IMG/VR virus record: IMGVR_UViG_3300047496_000083
Coordinates: 1 to 42,049 of that record
Origin: a virus
Length of the DNA stretch: 42,049 nucleotides
Direction: 5' to 3' (one strand)
This document shows positions 1 to 8,519 of this stretch, one piece after another. The notes beneath the pieces are model-generated. The model worked only from the letters and a program-made list of their open reading frames with translations. It ran no database searches and was not told the DNA's origin. Position 1 is the first letter of the stretch. The number at the start of each line of letters is the position of its first letter. The translations under genes were made by a program, and so were the position numbers.

Positions 1-99
1 CTTAATGTGTTCTTCAATGAAATCAATCTCACGAGTCCACTCTCTTGAATCGGTTGATAGTGTATGTGCGATTCTATCGACTTTGAGTTGAGTGAGTGC
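1..99. repeat. Terminal direct repeat, copy 1 (identical to 41951..42049)
   Basis: Base-by-base comparison of the first 99 nt with the last 99 nt found them identical. Confidence 0.95.
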
Positions 100-276
100 A
101 TTTATAGCACCTTTATGTTCTGCCTCTGCTTCTCTTTTAGCGATTAAATGGGCGATTTCTGCCATAGCTTTATCTATAATTTCAGGTCGCATAGGTGGAT
201 AATAGCTAGCATAATCGTTCCCAAGCTTTTCTAGCATGGCTCTTAAATCTTCTATCTCAGGTATTGATTGGCTCAT
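1..276 (-). CDS. Hypothetical protein, 5' part of a 100-codon ORF that crosses the window junction
   Basis: ATG at 276 in an ATGA overlap with the stop of the 273..530 ORF. The frame runs off the left edge in phase and continues at 41950..41924 (…EEHIKQYQQRLKG stop). Confidence 0.5.
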   Translation of the reverse strand, partial: MSQSIPEIEDLRAMLEKLGNDYASYYPPMRPEIIDKAMAEIAHLIAKREAEAEHKGAINALTQLKVDRIAHTLSTDSREWTREIDFIEEHIK

Positions 277-530
277 AATATCTCCTTTATGACCGATGTG
301 GGGACGGCTTCGACTACTTCGTTTGGATATATGCCTTCGTTAGAACCGTTGGAAAGTTCAAACTCCTGCGCCCGCCCCTCCAAACTCTTTACTAGTTGAG
401 CTTTGGCTTCTTGTATGACCTCGTCTGTATGTTCTGGATTATCACTAATTAAAATCCCGTAAGTTACGTCTTGTAGGTTTTTTAGAATTGATGTCCACTC
501 TTCCGATAGGTTAGGTATTGATTGAGGCAT
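273..530 (-). CDS. Hypothetical early protein
   Basis: ORF track; start/stop overlaps with both neighbours in a same-strand gene chain. Confidence 0.5.
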   Translation of the reverse strand: MPQSIPNLSEEWTSILKNLQDVTYGILISDNPEHTDEVIQEAKAQLVKSLEGRAQEFELSNGSNEGIYPNEVVEAVPTSVIKEIL

Positions 531-805
531 TAGAGGTGACCTTTCCGAATTTCAATCTGTTGCTTGAACTCTCTTATTAAACTACCGTCTCCATCGTATC
601 GCCCAAGTAAATCAATAGCCGCCTGTTCTGTGGCGTAAGCAAGTTCCTTAGCTCTTTTAGCTTCATTTTCGGCATCTCGCATCCTTGCACTCAAGTAGAG
701 CATTCCATCGCCTTTACGAGCCTTTGGGTATCTTTTAATACCAAAGAAGTTAGTTGTTGATTCTTCGTCAAACTCAGCTCGTAAACTGTCTAAAATATAT
801 CCCAT
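530..805 (-). CDS. Hypothetical early protein
   Basis: ORF track; tightly packed in the minus-strand chain. Confidence 0.5.
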   Translation of the reverse strand: MGYILDSLRAEFDEESTTNFFGIKRYPKARKGDGMLYLSARMRDAENEAKRAKELAYATEQAAIDLLGRYDGDGSLIREFKQQIEIRKGHL

Positions 806-807
806 AG

Positions 808-1077
808 CTATTTTCTCCCCCTTGTATCTAAAAGGTCGGCTGGTCTTTTCCAGATAGTTACCTTAAACACTTTACCGCCAGCTTTCTCGTAAGCCTGTTT
901 TATTGTATTTTCAAATTCTGCTAGGGGTTTATTAGTAGATGATTTAAACGAAATATTGTCTGTGACAACCGCCCATTTCCCGCTAAAGTCGCAATTATTC
1001 ATAAACTCAGATACTTCTCTCCCTAGAGGCTTTTGATGTTCAACCGTACCTTGATACTCATATAGCTTATCCATCAC
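808..1077 (-). CDS. Hypothetical early protein
   Basis: ORF track; 4-nt overlap with the upstream ORF. Confidence 0.5.
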   Translation of the reverse strand: MMDKLYEYQGTVEHQKPLGREVSEFMNNCDFSGKWAVVTDNISFKSSTNKPLAEFENTIKQAYEKAGGKVFKVTIWKRPADLLDTRGRK

Positions 1078-1478
1078 GCCCCCTCACCCTTATCTAAAAG
1101 GTTAGGGGCTAATCCCAATTTCTCCTTAATCTCCTGCTTTAATGCGATTACACCTTTCATGGCGTGGCTATATCCACTAGCAAAGTTATCTTGTCCACCA
1201 CTATATTCAACGAATGCACCGGGCGGAAATACTTTGTTAATAGCTTCTTCCAGTAACGGTTCTAGGTGGCTCTTTGGAATGTAATTGGCTAGGATGGCTT
1301 GTTTGGCTTCTTTTAGTAAATTAACAACAGCGTGTTTATCACCAAGTTTTATAAAGTCTTGATATTCAGGATAGCGTTCAGCAAAGCCGACTAATATCTC
1401 ATCTAATTTATCTGGTAGGGGTGGTCTACCTGACTCTGAGGGTGAGAATTTACTGCTTGGACTTCTGCCTGTGGTCAT
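1074..1478 (-). CDS. Hypothetical early protein
   Basis: ORF track; GGGGGCGG SD-like string just upstream of the ATG at 1478. Confidence 0.5.
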   Translation of the reverse strand: MTTGRSPSSKFSPSESGRPPLPDKLDEILVGFAERYPEYQDFIKLGDKHAVVNLLKEAKQAILANYIPKSHLEPLLEEAINKVFPPGAFVEYSGGQDNFASGYSHAMKGVIALKQEIKEKLGLAPNLLDKGEGA

Positions 1479-1583
1479 TTCCGCCCCCTTATAGTTTGTT
1501 TGTAGGGCATGAAGGGGCGACTAGCGTCGCATAAACTGCGGTCTTCCTCCCACTCGTGGATTAGAGTGCCGTCATCGTCGTAC

Positions 1584-1802
1584 TCACGCCAACTCATTGT
1601 TCTCTTCCCATACTTTCATGTAGTGGCATAGTTTATCGGTATAATCAGTTAAACTCTGAATTAATCGCATATTCTCCGGTGTTGGTTCTAGCTTTTCGAC
1701 TGTTTCTAACACTTTATTCATAGCTGTGTTCACGTCCTCCACCGCCCATTTAAGCCTTAGTTCTCTAGCATCTAGCATAACACTATCATTACTATAAGTC
1801 AT
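1584..1802 (-). CDS. Hypothetical early protein
   Basis: ORF track; its start overlaps the stop of the small upstream ORF. Confidence 0.5.
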   Translation of the reverse strand: MTYSNDSVMLDARELRLKWAVEDVNTAMNKVLETVEKLEPTPENMRLIQSLTDYTDKLCHYMKVWEENNELA

Positions 1803-1924
1803 GCTAAAAAACTCTCCTCAATTATTCCACCGCAATTACTACAGGCGATATGGTCGCTTTCATCATCCCACACCGCCACCGGATGCTCACAGGTACACGG
1901 GAACGCCACTAATTCAGTACTCAT
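1799..1924 (-). CDS. Small zinc-ribbon-like protein (41 aa, below the track cutoff)
   Basis: Hand translation: MSTELVAFPCTCEHPVAVWDDESDHIACSNCGGIIEESFLA, with a CxC…CxxC pattern. ATGA-type overlap with the next gene. Confidence 0.4.
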   Translation of the reverse strand: MSTELVAFPCTCEHPVAVWDDESDHIACSNCGGIIEESFLA

Positions 1925-2086
1925 TTAACCCCCTGTTACGTTAATAGTATGGTCATTGGGTGGTATAACAAACCAATTAGGCTCCAACACGAACATCACG
2001 AACAGCGCCAATGCTAAAAACCATATCAAATACCAGCCCACACTAACTCTTTTGCTTCTATAAGTTCTCACTCCCTCAATAAACAC
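1925..2086 (-). CDS. Possible small membrane protein (about 53 aa, GTG start uncertain)
   Basis: Hand translation shows a hydrophobic core, WYLIWFLALALFVMFVL. Its TAA stop directly abuts the next ATG (TAAATG). Confidence 0.25.
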   Translation of the reverse strand: MFIEGVRTYRSKRVSVGWYLIWFLALALFVMFVLEPNWFVIPPNDHTINVTGG

Positions 2087-2165
2087 TACTTTACCCACAT
2101 CTCCTATCTTTCACTCGCTTTTATTAGTTATATTCAGTCAAAAACCGCCCCAAAACTCCAAACCC

Positions 2166-2414
2166 CTACCTAAGTCCAGCGATAGCACTAGACAACAGGT
2201 CTGCTATTAACGGCAAAACGCCAATTAATGCTAAGAACTGTACGATACAAGCAGTAACCAATAGGCTAATCTTGTGTCGTTTAACTAAATGCCAAACTAT
2301 CGCAAAGCTAGACATCTGATTAATATCAGTACTCTTAAGCTTTTTCTCGATACGCTTTACCTGAGCCGCCTTTTTGATTCGGTTGCTAGATATAGCTGTT
2401 TCTTCGTATTGCAT
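2166..2414 (-). CDS. Hypothetical membrane protein
   Basis: ORF track; C-terminal hydrophobic stretch LLVTACIVQFLALIGVLPLIADLL. Confidence 0.45.
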   Translation of the reverse strand: MQYEETAISSNRIKKAAQVKRIEKKLKSTDINQMSSFAIVWHLVKRHKISLLVTACIVQFLALIGVLPLIADLLSSAIAGLR

Positions 2415-2565
2415 ATATTATCCTTTCTTTTGCTATTTAATTTGGTGTTTGGGCCAGCCTTAGCAAAAAGGGCTTAACTCAGCCAAACCGGCCCAAACTT
2501 GAACCTACAATGTCGATTAGGGAATTGTAGGCCCACCCAAAAGCCTATTAAAGGCTCTCAGGCGG

Positions 2566-2721
2566 TTATTTACTCGTATCGCACTCGTACCAGAACACTG
2601 TACCAGTTGGATTGCTTAACTTCTCACAACCGGCTTTATAGTCTCTAACACCTACCCACTGACCAAACAAAACGCCAATGAACAGGGCTAGAACGATTAC
2701 TAATACTTTAGTGTTTAACAT
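2566..2721 (-). CDS. Small secreted or membrane protein (51 aa, below the track cutoff)
   Basis: Hand translation: MLNTKVLVIVLALFIGVLFGQWVGVRDYKAGCEKLSNPTGTVFWYECDTSK, with an N-terminal signal/TM-like segment. Confidence 0.35.
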   Translation of the reverse strand: MLNTKVLVIVLALFIGVLFGQWVGVRDYKAGCEKLSNPTGTVFWYECDTSK

Positions 2722-2939
2722 TATTGCTCCTTCTTAAATATCTTGAGAGTGTTTGGGCTAATTGACTTGTGGCGGTTGCTGTCCGTTATGGGATAAGCTG
2801 TTGCCGGTCTTTCGCCCCACCCTGCTTACTGATGTACTGCCAACCGATTGATTCAATTGACTAACTACAGTGTAGCAGTGTTACGCTTATATGTCAACAC
2901 TAAGTTACGCTAAAACTGTGTATAACTCGCCACCTAAGG

Positions 2940-2957
2940 TGTTATAATGTCCTTATG
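2940..2957 (+). promoter_or_regulatory. Extended -10 (TGTTATAAT), 6-nt spacer, then the terS ATG; leaderless-type promoter candidate
   Basis: TGTTATAAT at 2940-2948, gtcctt, ATG at 2955; no SD present. Confidence 0.45.
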
Positions 2958-3332
2958 ACTAATCGTAAATCCACATTAACACCAGCTAAGAAGAAGTTCG
3001 CCGAAGTTTACGCCAAAACAGATAACGCCACCAAAGCCGTCCAAACAGCCTTTAAAGAGAATAATTACAGCCCAGAAGTAGCTAGAGTTAAGGGATCACG
3101 TTTGTTAACGAATGATAACGTAAGTAATGAAATCGAAGCCCAAAAGCTAAAGATGGAGAAAATCGCCAATAAAGCGGTTGAGCGGATCGCCCAATTAACA
3201 GAGAGCGATAACGAACAAATCGCCACCACAAACGCATGGAAAGTATACGAACAAGTACATGGCAAGGCTTTATCACGAAATGTCAGTTTAACCGCCACCA
3301 CCTCTATAGAAGACGCCCTAGCAGAACTATAA
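2955..3332 (+). CDS. terS: Terminase small subunit (Terminase_2-like)
   Basis: N-terminal LTPAKKKFAEVYAKTDNATKAVQTAF…VKGSRLLTNDNVSNEI resembles the small-terminase HTH motif; lies upstream of terL. Confidence 0.7.
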   Translation: MTNRKSTLTPAKKKFAEVYAKTDNATKAVQTAFKENNYSPEVARVKGSRLLTNDNVSNEIEAQKLKMEKIANKAVERIAQLTESDNEQIATTNAWKVYEQVHGKALSRNVSLTATTSIEDALAEL

Positions 3333-3389
3333 CCTTACCAAACGCCGCCCCTACAGAACCTTTATTAAAAGCAGAAGCTAACAGTTTAT

Positions 3390-3620
3390 AACACCAATAT
3401 TGCCCAATTCTAAGCCTGTATAACACACTTAACAGATACAAATACCCATACATACACCCAATACACGTAACACCAACGTCGCACATTACACATTGTACGA
3501 CCCACTCCACCCCTGTTATTACATACACCCTAACACCTATACACTACATATAGCGTATACATATACATCACACCATCCTTGATACATATATATACCTACA
3601 TCACCACTACTTTTAACAGG
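3390..3620. other. G-depleted A/C/T-rich tract with ACATA/CACAC motifs (candidate pac or other cis site)
   Basis: I count 10 G in the 180 nt at 3421-3600. ACATACACCC occurs at 3450-3459 and 3521-3530. A G-rich patch follows immediately at 3618-3657. Confidence 0.8.
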
Positions 3621-3731
3621 GGTAGATGGGGCCGGTGCGTTGCCCAAGGCCACCGGTATTTTTATGAGGGCCAGCGGAGCGACTGCATGTTTAACAAGAG
3701 GCGTAACTATTGACCTATTATGGAATGAGCA

Positions 3732-3747
3732 TATAATAACAGATATG
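3732..3747 (+). promoter_or_regulatory. TATAAT, 7-nt spacer, ATG (leaderless-type promoter candidate)
   Basis: TATAAT at 3732-3737, aacagat, ATG at 3745. Confidence 0.35.
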
Positions 3748-3993
3748 AAGATCAAGAGTATTGTACTTACAGACGAACTAGCTAAGGAGTTAGAGAGTTA
3801 TCCTAACCAATCAGAAGTCATCAGAACCGCACTTCAGTTGTATAATGGGCATATAACACCAGAGGTACTGAACGGTTTACGACTTGCTTACGAGAAACTC
3901 AATAATAGGCTTGCTAACATAGAAACTGCTATGGATAAGATCGCTCAGGCAGGCAACATAAGCCTAGACCGACATTCTGAGTGGGGCGCATAA
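3745..3993 (+). CDS. Ribbon-helix-helix (CopG/Arc-like) DNA-binding protein
   Basis: MKIKSIVLTDELAKELESYPNQSEVIRTALQLY fits a beta-strand plus two-helix RHH pattern. I prefer the internal ATG of the 3640..3993 track ORF, because the upstream part lies in the odd-composition tract. Confidence 0.5.
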   Translation: MKIKSIVLTDELAKELESYPNQSEVIRTALQLYNGHITPEVLNGLRLAYEKLNNRLANIETAMDKIAQAGNISLDRHSEWGA

Positions 3994-4003
3994 GGGCGCA
4001 TAG

Positions 4004-4018
4004 TATACTTCCTTAATG
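4004..4018 (+). promoter_or_regulatory. TATACT, 6-nt spacer, then the terL ATG
   Basis: TAGTATACT, tcctta, ATG at 4016. The string TAGTATAC recurs before the ATG at 18449. Confidence 0.3.
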
Positions 4019-5713
4019 GACCAGGCAGCGCAACAGGCACAACAAGAAGCCCAAATAAAAAAAATTCGTTTAATAGCGCAGGACTTTTATCGTTACTGTG
4101 AGTTGAATCTCAAGATTAGGACTAAGGATGGGCGGGTTACGACTCTTAAACCCAATTATATCCAACGTATTCTCGTAGACCGGGTACTCGATAAACTGGA
4201 CAAGGAAGAACCGATTAGATTCGTTATCTTAAAGGCTCGTCAGCAGGGCGTTTCCACCATCGTAGAAGCCCTCATTTATTGGTGGACTGTGACTCATAAA
4301 GGCCAGCAAAGCAAAATAATCGCCCATAACACCGATACGTCTGAATACCTTTACTCGATGTTCCGAACCTTTTATGACAATTCTAACCCGATCTTCCAAC
4401 CAACAACGAAATACAATACCAGAAACGATCTGACCTTCGATAACGAAGAAGCACCGCATAAAGGACTTAAGAGCCAAATCGACACCGCTACGGCCGAGAA
4501 CTCCGGAACCGGAAGAGGCCAAACCGTCCAATGGTTACATGCTTCCGAGGTCGCCCTTTGGCCAAAAGGACAGGAGATCGTGGCCGGGTTGATGCAAGCC
4601 GTCCCTCTTCTGCCTAACACCGCTATCTTTCTAGAGAGCACTGCTAATGGAATAGGCGATTATTTCCATACCACGTGGCAGGCCGCCCAACGAGGTGAAT
4701 CTACCTTTGAACCACTCTTTTTCCCTTGGAAGATACACGAAGAATACACCATTAAACCGCCCGTTCATTTTAGACTCACGACAGAAGAAAAGAAGATTAG
4801 GAAGGAACACCAATTAACCTACGGACAAATCTACTGGCGCAGAAAAAAATTACTTGAGTTTACCGGCGATGAGAAGAGGTTTTATCAGGAATACCCCCTA
4901 ACTGATACTGAAGCTTTCCTCGCCTCCGGTAGTCCGAGATTTGACGTTCAAAAACTAGCTGAAATGGAAGAAAAATGCTACGACGCCCAAACCTTTGAAC
5001 TAATCGAGCGAACTGATGAAAAGACTCGTTTACCTATAATAGTACCTAAACAAATGGACGCCCCCTTAAAAGTCTGGGTTACTCCCCAAGATGGAAGGGA
5101 ATACGTTATAGGGGCGGATGTGGCTGAGGGAATCGCTGAAGATTACTCCTGCGCCACCGTAATGGACAGACTCACACATCAGACCGTCGCACGATTTAGG
5201 GGTGATATGGAACCGTCAGACTTCGGAGAATACCTATCTTTACTCGGTAGGTGGTACAACAACGCCCTTATAGGAGCGGAAATTAACAACCACGGCCTGA
5301 CGACTGTTCAGAGACTGAGAGATGTCGGTTATGAGAACCTTTATAGGCGGGAGATGGGAATTGACGAACGCTACGAGGAATACACAAGCAAACTAGGCTG
5401 GCGGACGGACGTACGAACCAAGCCTTTAATGATTGACGGACTAAGCGAGGCTATAAGCACAGGTCAGATCACCGATTACGACCGAATATTTATTAGAGAG
5501 TGCATGACCTACGTTAGGGATGAACGAGGCCGGACTAACGCCCAAATCGGCCAGCACGACGATACTGTTATAAGTACGGCTATTTGTCTGCAATTATTCG
5601 AGTGGAATCCCGTTACGGCTAAGAAACTATCCATTAAAAGCACCTATCCACAGAGGTACTTGCGACAACATCGCAAAAATAAGGCTTTGTTAAAAAAGCG
5701 TGTTTCTGCCTGA
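4016..5713 (+). CDS. terL: Terminase large subunit
   Basis: 565 aa. Walker-A-like ILKARQQGVST, a later acidic nuclease-type region (GADVAEG…DDTV), and position between terS and portal. Confidence 0.85.
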   Translation: MDQAAQQAQQEAQIKKIRLIAQDFYRYCELNLKIRTKDGRVTTLKPNYIQRILVDRVLDKLDKEEPIRFVILKARQQGVSTIVEALIYWWTVTHKGQQSKIIAHNTDTSEYLYSMFRTFYDNSNPIFQPTTKYNTRNDLTFDNEEAPHKGLKSQIDTATAENSGTGRGQTVQWLHASEVALWPKGQEIVAGLMQAVPLLPNTAIFLESTANGIGDYFHTTWQAAQRGESTFEPLFFPWKIHEEYTIKPPVHFRLTTEEKKIRKEHQLTYGQIYWRRKKLLEFTGDEKRFYQEYPLTDTEAFLASGSPRFDVQKLAEMEEKCYDAQTFELIERTDEKTRLPIIVPKQMDAPLKVWVTPQDGREYVIGADVAEGIAEDYSCATVMDRLTHQTVARFRGDMEPSDFGEYLSLLGRWYNNALIGAEINNHGLTTVQRLRDVGYENLYRREMGIDERYEEYTSKLGWRTDVRTKPLMIDGLSEAISTGQITDYDRIFIRECMTYVRDERGRTNAQIGQHDDTVISTAICLQLFEWNPVTAKKLSIKSTYPQRYLRQHRKNKALLKKRVSA

Positions 5714-5716
5714 TTG

Positions 5717-5734
5717 TGGTAATGTATACTCATG
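5717..5734 (+). promoter_or_regulatory. Extended -10 (TGGTAATGT), 6-nt spacer, then the portal ATG
   Basis: TGGTAATGT at 5717-5725, atactc, ATG at 5732. Confidence 0.3.
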
Positions 5735-7744
5735 GCTACAGCTACCAAAAGCACCGTTAACACTTCCTCTACCTCTAATGGCCCCGCACCGCTTCCGCAA
5801 CCGACCGATACACTAGGCAAAGTCTTAAAAAAATACCGAGCTTCACGGCATTACACCGAGGGGGCGTTCTGGGACACTTGGCAAGCCTGCTGGAAACTTT
5901 ATAATAACCAGAGGATAGCTATCGGATATGACGGTAATACCGACGTTTTCATCCCGGAAACATACACCCAGGTCCAAGGCATAAAAGCCCACCTTATTAA
6001 CGGAAACCTAGAGGTAGAGTTTCTCCCAACCCATCCCGATCAGACCGGTGATGTTCAAACCCTACAGGATTTATTCAATTACGCTTGGATGAAGGATAAT
6101 ATGAGTCAGAAAATAGACTCCGCTATTACCGAGTATCTCGTTACAGGAAATTGTTATATCTGGTCCTACGTCGGAGAGGGCGGTTTACCTTGCCAGAAAG
6201 TCGTTTCTGCGAAGGATTGCTTCTTTGATCCGGCGATTATTGATTATGACCAACTCTGCGACCAGGGTTATGGCGGATTCCGTTACCTGACTAGCCTGAC
6301 CGCTTTAAAGGCCGAAACTATCGTTAACGGCGAATATGAGGACGATAAAGACGAATCTGATAAAAACTCGCCAAGTAAACCCCGTTATAAGGATCTGGAT
6401 AAGGTCGGGCAGTATAACGACGACTCCGACGACAAAACCGCCAAACAAGAACGTGAAGAAATGTTATCCGGTTCGACGGCTGACGATAAAGACGACGTTG
6501 TAGAGTGCATTGTTTATTACGATAAAGACAAAATGATTACGATTGCCAACCGAGAAGTCGTAATTGAAGAAGTCGATAACCCATTCCAACGTAAAAAGAA
6601 GACTGTTAATTCGGTAGACGACCAAGGGAATCCCGTTTCCTTTGATATGCCCGAAATAGAGCCTTTTATCCCTGTTGCTCCATTCCGTAACCTGGTAGAT
6701 GCTAATTTATGGTACGCCAGAGGCGATGTCGAGATAATCGCTGAGAGTCAGGAACGCTTAAACGACGTCCAATCCCAGAAAAGTGACAACCTAACCTACC
6801 AGTTAAACCGAATGTGGGCGTTAGACCCGAACTTCGCCCAAAAAATAGACGAAATCCAGTCAATTCCAGGGGCTGTTTTTACGATTCCGCCCGGTGCGCT
6901 TGAACAAATCCCCACCCAACCTATCGGAGCCGACGCTGATAACGAAATAGCCCGAATTAAACAGGAAATGCAGGCCGCCACAGGCTCAAATGAAGCCATG
7001 CAAGGAACTTTGCAGACTTCTGGACGACAATCTGCTTATCAGATCAACCAAACCCTCGTAGCGATGGGCGCAAGGTTCCAAGTTAAGATTAAAAACCTTC
7101 AAAATGAAGCATTTAAAATCCTCGCCAGTAATATGTGGAAGATTATGCAGATTTTCATAGATAAAGAAATCCCTATTAGAGTAATGGGGCAACAAGGCAA
7201 CTCGTGGGCGACCTACAACCCCGGACTTTACCTCGGAGACTACGACGTGGACGTTAAACTCGGCGCTACAGCCGATAGTATTAAAGAAACCCAACGCCAA
7301 CAGATGATGCAGTTCTATCTCCTAGCCTCTAAACAGCCTTTTGTAGACCAACAAGGCTTATTCCAGATGGCCGGAGTTGAAATATTCAACTTACCTAAAA
7401 GAGATGTATCTGGTTTAATCTCGCCACCACAACCACCACAACCTCCTACAATAGTGCCAAAACTCATAGAAACAATCGACTTCTCCCAACTCTATCCAGA
7501 TGAACAAGGTCAGGTACTAAGTGAATCAGGTGTTCACCCGTCACCTATGCGTGAAGAAGCCGCCGGACAACCCCTACCTGCTGGAGACCCTAATTCGGCG
7601 GCTTTAAATGCTGGCATTATTCATAATCCGAATGGCGGAACAGGCAATCCATCTTTTGAACAGGCCGGTATGCAAACCGCTGGTAGTCCTCCAGTAGGCG
7701 CACCGACTAGTGGTGTAGCAAATGTTCCTCGCGTGCCAGCGTGA
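5732..7744 (+). CDS. Portal protein (by position and size)
   Basis: 670-aa ORF directly after terL, with a Pro/Gly-rich C-terminal extension. Confidence 0.6.
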   Translation: MATATKSTVNTSSTSNGPAPLPQPTDTLGKVLKKYRASRHYTEGAFWDTWQACWKLYNNQRIAIGYDGNTDVFIPETYTQVQGIKAHLINGNLEVEFLPTHPDQTGDVQTLQDLFNYAWMKDNMSQKIDSAITEYLVTGNCYIWSYVGEGGLPCQKVVSAKDCFFDPAIIDYDQLCDQGYGGFRYLTSLTALKAETIVNGEYEDDKDESDKNSPSKPRYKDLDKVGQYNDDSDDKTAKQEREEMLSGSTADDKDDVVECIVYYDKDKMITIANREVVIEEVDNPFQRKKKTVNSVDDQGNPVSFDMPEIEPFIPVAPFRNLVDANLWYARGDVEIIAESQERLNDVQSQKSDNLTYQLNRMWALDPNFAQKIDEIQSIPGAVFTIPPGALEQIPTQPIGADADNEIARIKQEMQAATGSNEAMQGTLQTSGRQSAYQINQTLVAMGARFQVKIKNLQNEAFKILASNMWKIMQIFIDKEIPIRVMGQQGNSWATYNPGLYLGDYDVDVKLGATADSIKETQRQQMMQFYLLASKQPFVDQQGLFQMAGVEIFNLPKRDVSGLISPPQPPQPPTIVPKLIETIDFSQLYPDEQGQVLSESGVHPSPMREEAAGQPLPAGDPNSAALNAGIIHNPNGGTGNPSFEQAGMQTAGSPPVGAPTSGVANVPRVPA

Positions 7745-7759
7745 TATAATTAGCTTATG
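7742..7759 (+). promoter_or_regulatory. Extended -10 (TGATATAAT), 6-nt spacer, then the HNH ATG
   Basis: TGATATAAT, tagctt, ATG at 7757. The same tagcttATG string occurs at 10189-10197. Confidence 0.4.
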
Positions 7760-8203
7760 TCAATGAGCGAAAATCTATTTCAAGAACGCCTATGGGCAAG
7801 GATAGATAAAACAAAAGATTGTTGGGAGTGGAAAGGCTCAGTTTGTCAGACTTATGGTCAAGTTCAGTATAAAAAGAAGACTTGGAAAACTCACAGATTA
7901 ATCTACGAATTACTTGTCGGCCCAATTCCAGAAGGATTGCACATTGACCATTTATGTAAGAATCGTATTTGTGTAAATCCAGCACATTTAGAAGCGGTTA
8001 CTCCTTGGGAAAATACATTGCGGAGTACGAATCATATTGGTGCTAATGCCAAAAAAACACACTGCCAGAATGGACATCCTTTTGCTGGTACTAATTTGAT
8101 TAGTCCTAAGGACGGTTCTAGACAGTGTAGAACTTGTAAAATAGCTTATAAGCGTGCTTGGCGTGCTAAACGTAAATTAATGACTCCGAAAGTCCCAGCG
8201 TGA
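7745..8203 (+). mobile_element. Free-standing HNH endonuclease cassette inserted at the portal / next-gene junction
   Basis: Flanked by GTGCCAGCGTGA (7733-7744) and GTCCCAGCGTGA (8192-8203); carries its own promoter-like motif. Confidence 0.5.
7757..8203 (+). CDS. HNH endonuclease (HNH_3-like)
   Basis: CWEWKGS…YGQV…HRLIYELLVGPIPEGLHIDHLCKNRICVNPAHLEAVT…EN is the classic phage HNH_3 pattern. Confidence 0.85.
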   Translation: MSMSENLFQERLWARIDKTKDCWEWKGSVCQTYGQVQYKKKTWKTHRLIYELLVGPIPEGLHIDHLCKNRICVNPAHLEAVTPWENTLRSTNHIGANAKKTHCQNGHPFAGTNLISPKDGSRQCRTCKIAYKRAWRAKRKLMTPKVPA

Positions 8204-8451
8204 ACCCCGATAACGCCGCCATAAGGAGTTCTTATAAGGTATTCATGGAGAGTTTGGCTGGTAAAGATTTCCTCGCCCACCTCGTAACCTTAGAAGCCAC
8301 CTCTCAAGGACAAGGAATTAGAGCTGAGAGTACCGAAGTCAAAGCTCACGCTATGGAAAGAATCGGTGTTTACTACAACCTACGAACCTATCTATCAGAT
8401 ATGTCGAAACCTGCTCCGAGTGCGGCAAGTCGCTCCGCCGCCTCGGAATAG
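8200..8451 (+). CDS. Hypothetical head-module protein
   Basis: ORF track; GTG start in a GTGA overlap with the HNH stop. Confidence 0.5.
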   Translation: MNPDNAAIRSSYKVFMESLAGKDFLAHLVTLEATSQGQGIRAESTEVKAHAMERIGVYYNLRTYLSDMSKPAPSAASRSAASE

Positions 8452-8519
8452 TTTTTGAATACCTCTTGTGTTATTTTATAAACAGAGCGATATGTACTTC
8501 TAATTAAGAAAGGGTAACT

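Noticed and set aside
1-99. The terminal repeat as a biologically meaningful direct terminal repeat or att-type site
   Set aside because: The repeat falls inside a coding sequence that reads through the joined ends. An exact overlap at contig ends is the usual signature of circular assembly. It cannot be excluded without read data, so it is kept only as a low-interest finding.
2289-2477. Plus-strand ORF 2289..2477
   Set aside because: It is antisense to the better-supported membrane-protein ORF 2166..2414 in the minus-strand early arm, and has no start signals.
3304-3755. Minus-strand ORFs 3304..3528 and 3537..3755, and the 5' part of the plus-strand ORF 3640..3993
   Set aside because: They lie in the G-depleted tract. 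The Cys/Tyr/Val-rich products follow from the skewed composition, there are no SD sequences, and the orientation is opposite to the operon.
4229-4813. Antisense ORFs inside terL (4229..4531, 4372..4641, 4631..4813). Similar antisense or alternate-frame ORFs lie inside other long genes: 6796..7300, 7755..7985, 8627..8866, 11378..11782, 13628..13876, 14891..15106, 16212..16424, 17887..18117, 18323..18505, 18631..18834, 19297..19580, 20191..20592, 20812..21093, 21420..21954, 22245..22490, 25649..25831, 26443..26673, 29647..30501, 31452..31709, 32076..32486, 33672..33860, 33960..34169, 36191..36409, 37648..37830, 38183..38419, 38873..39070, 39688..39900
   Set aside because: Each is fully embedded in a longer ORF with recognisable function or operon context, and lacks start signals. 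These are typical shadow ORFs.
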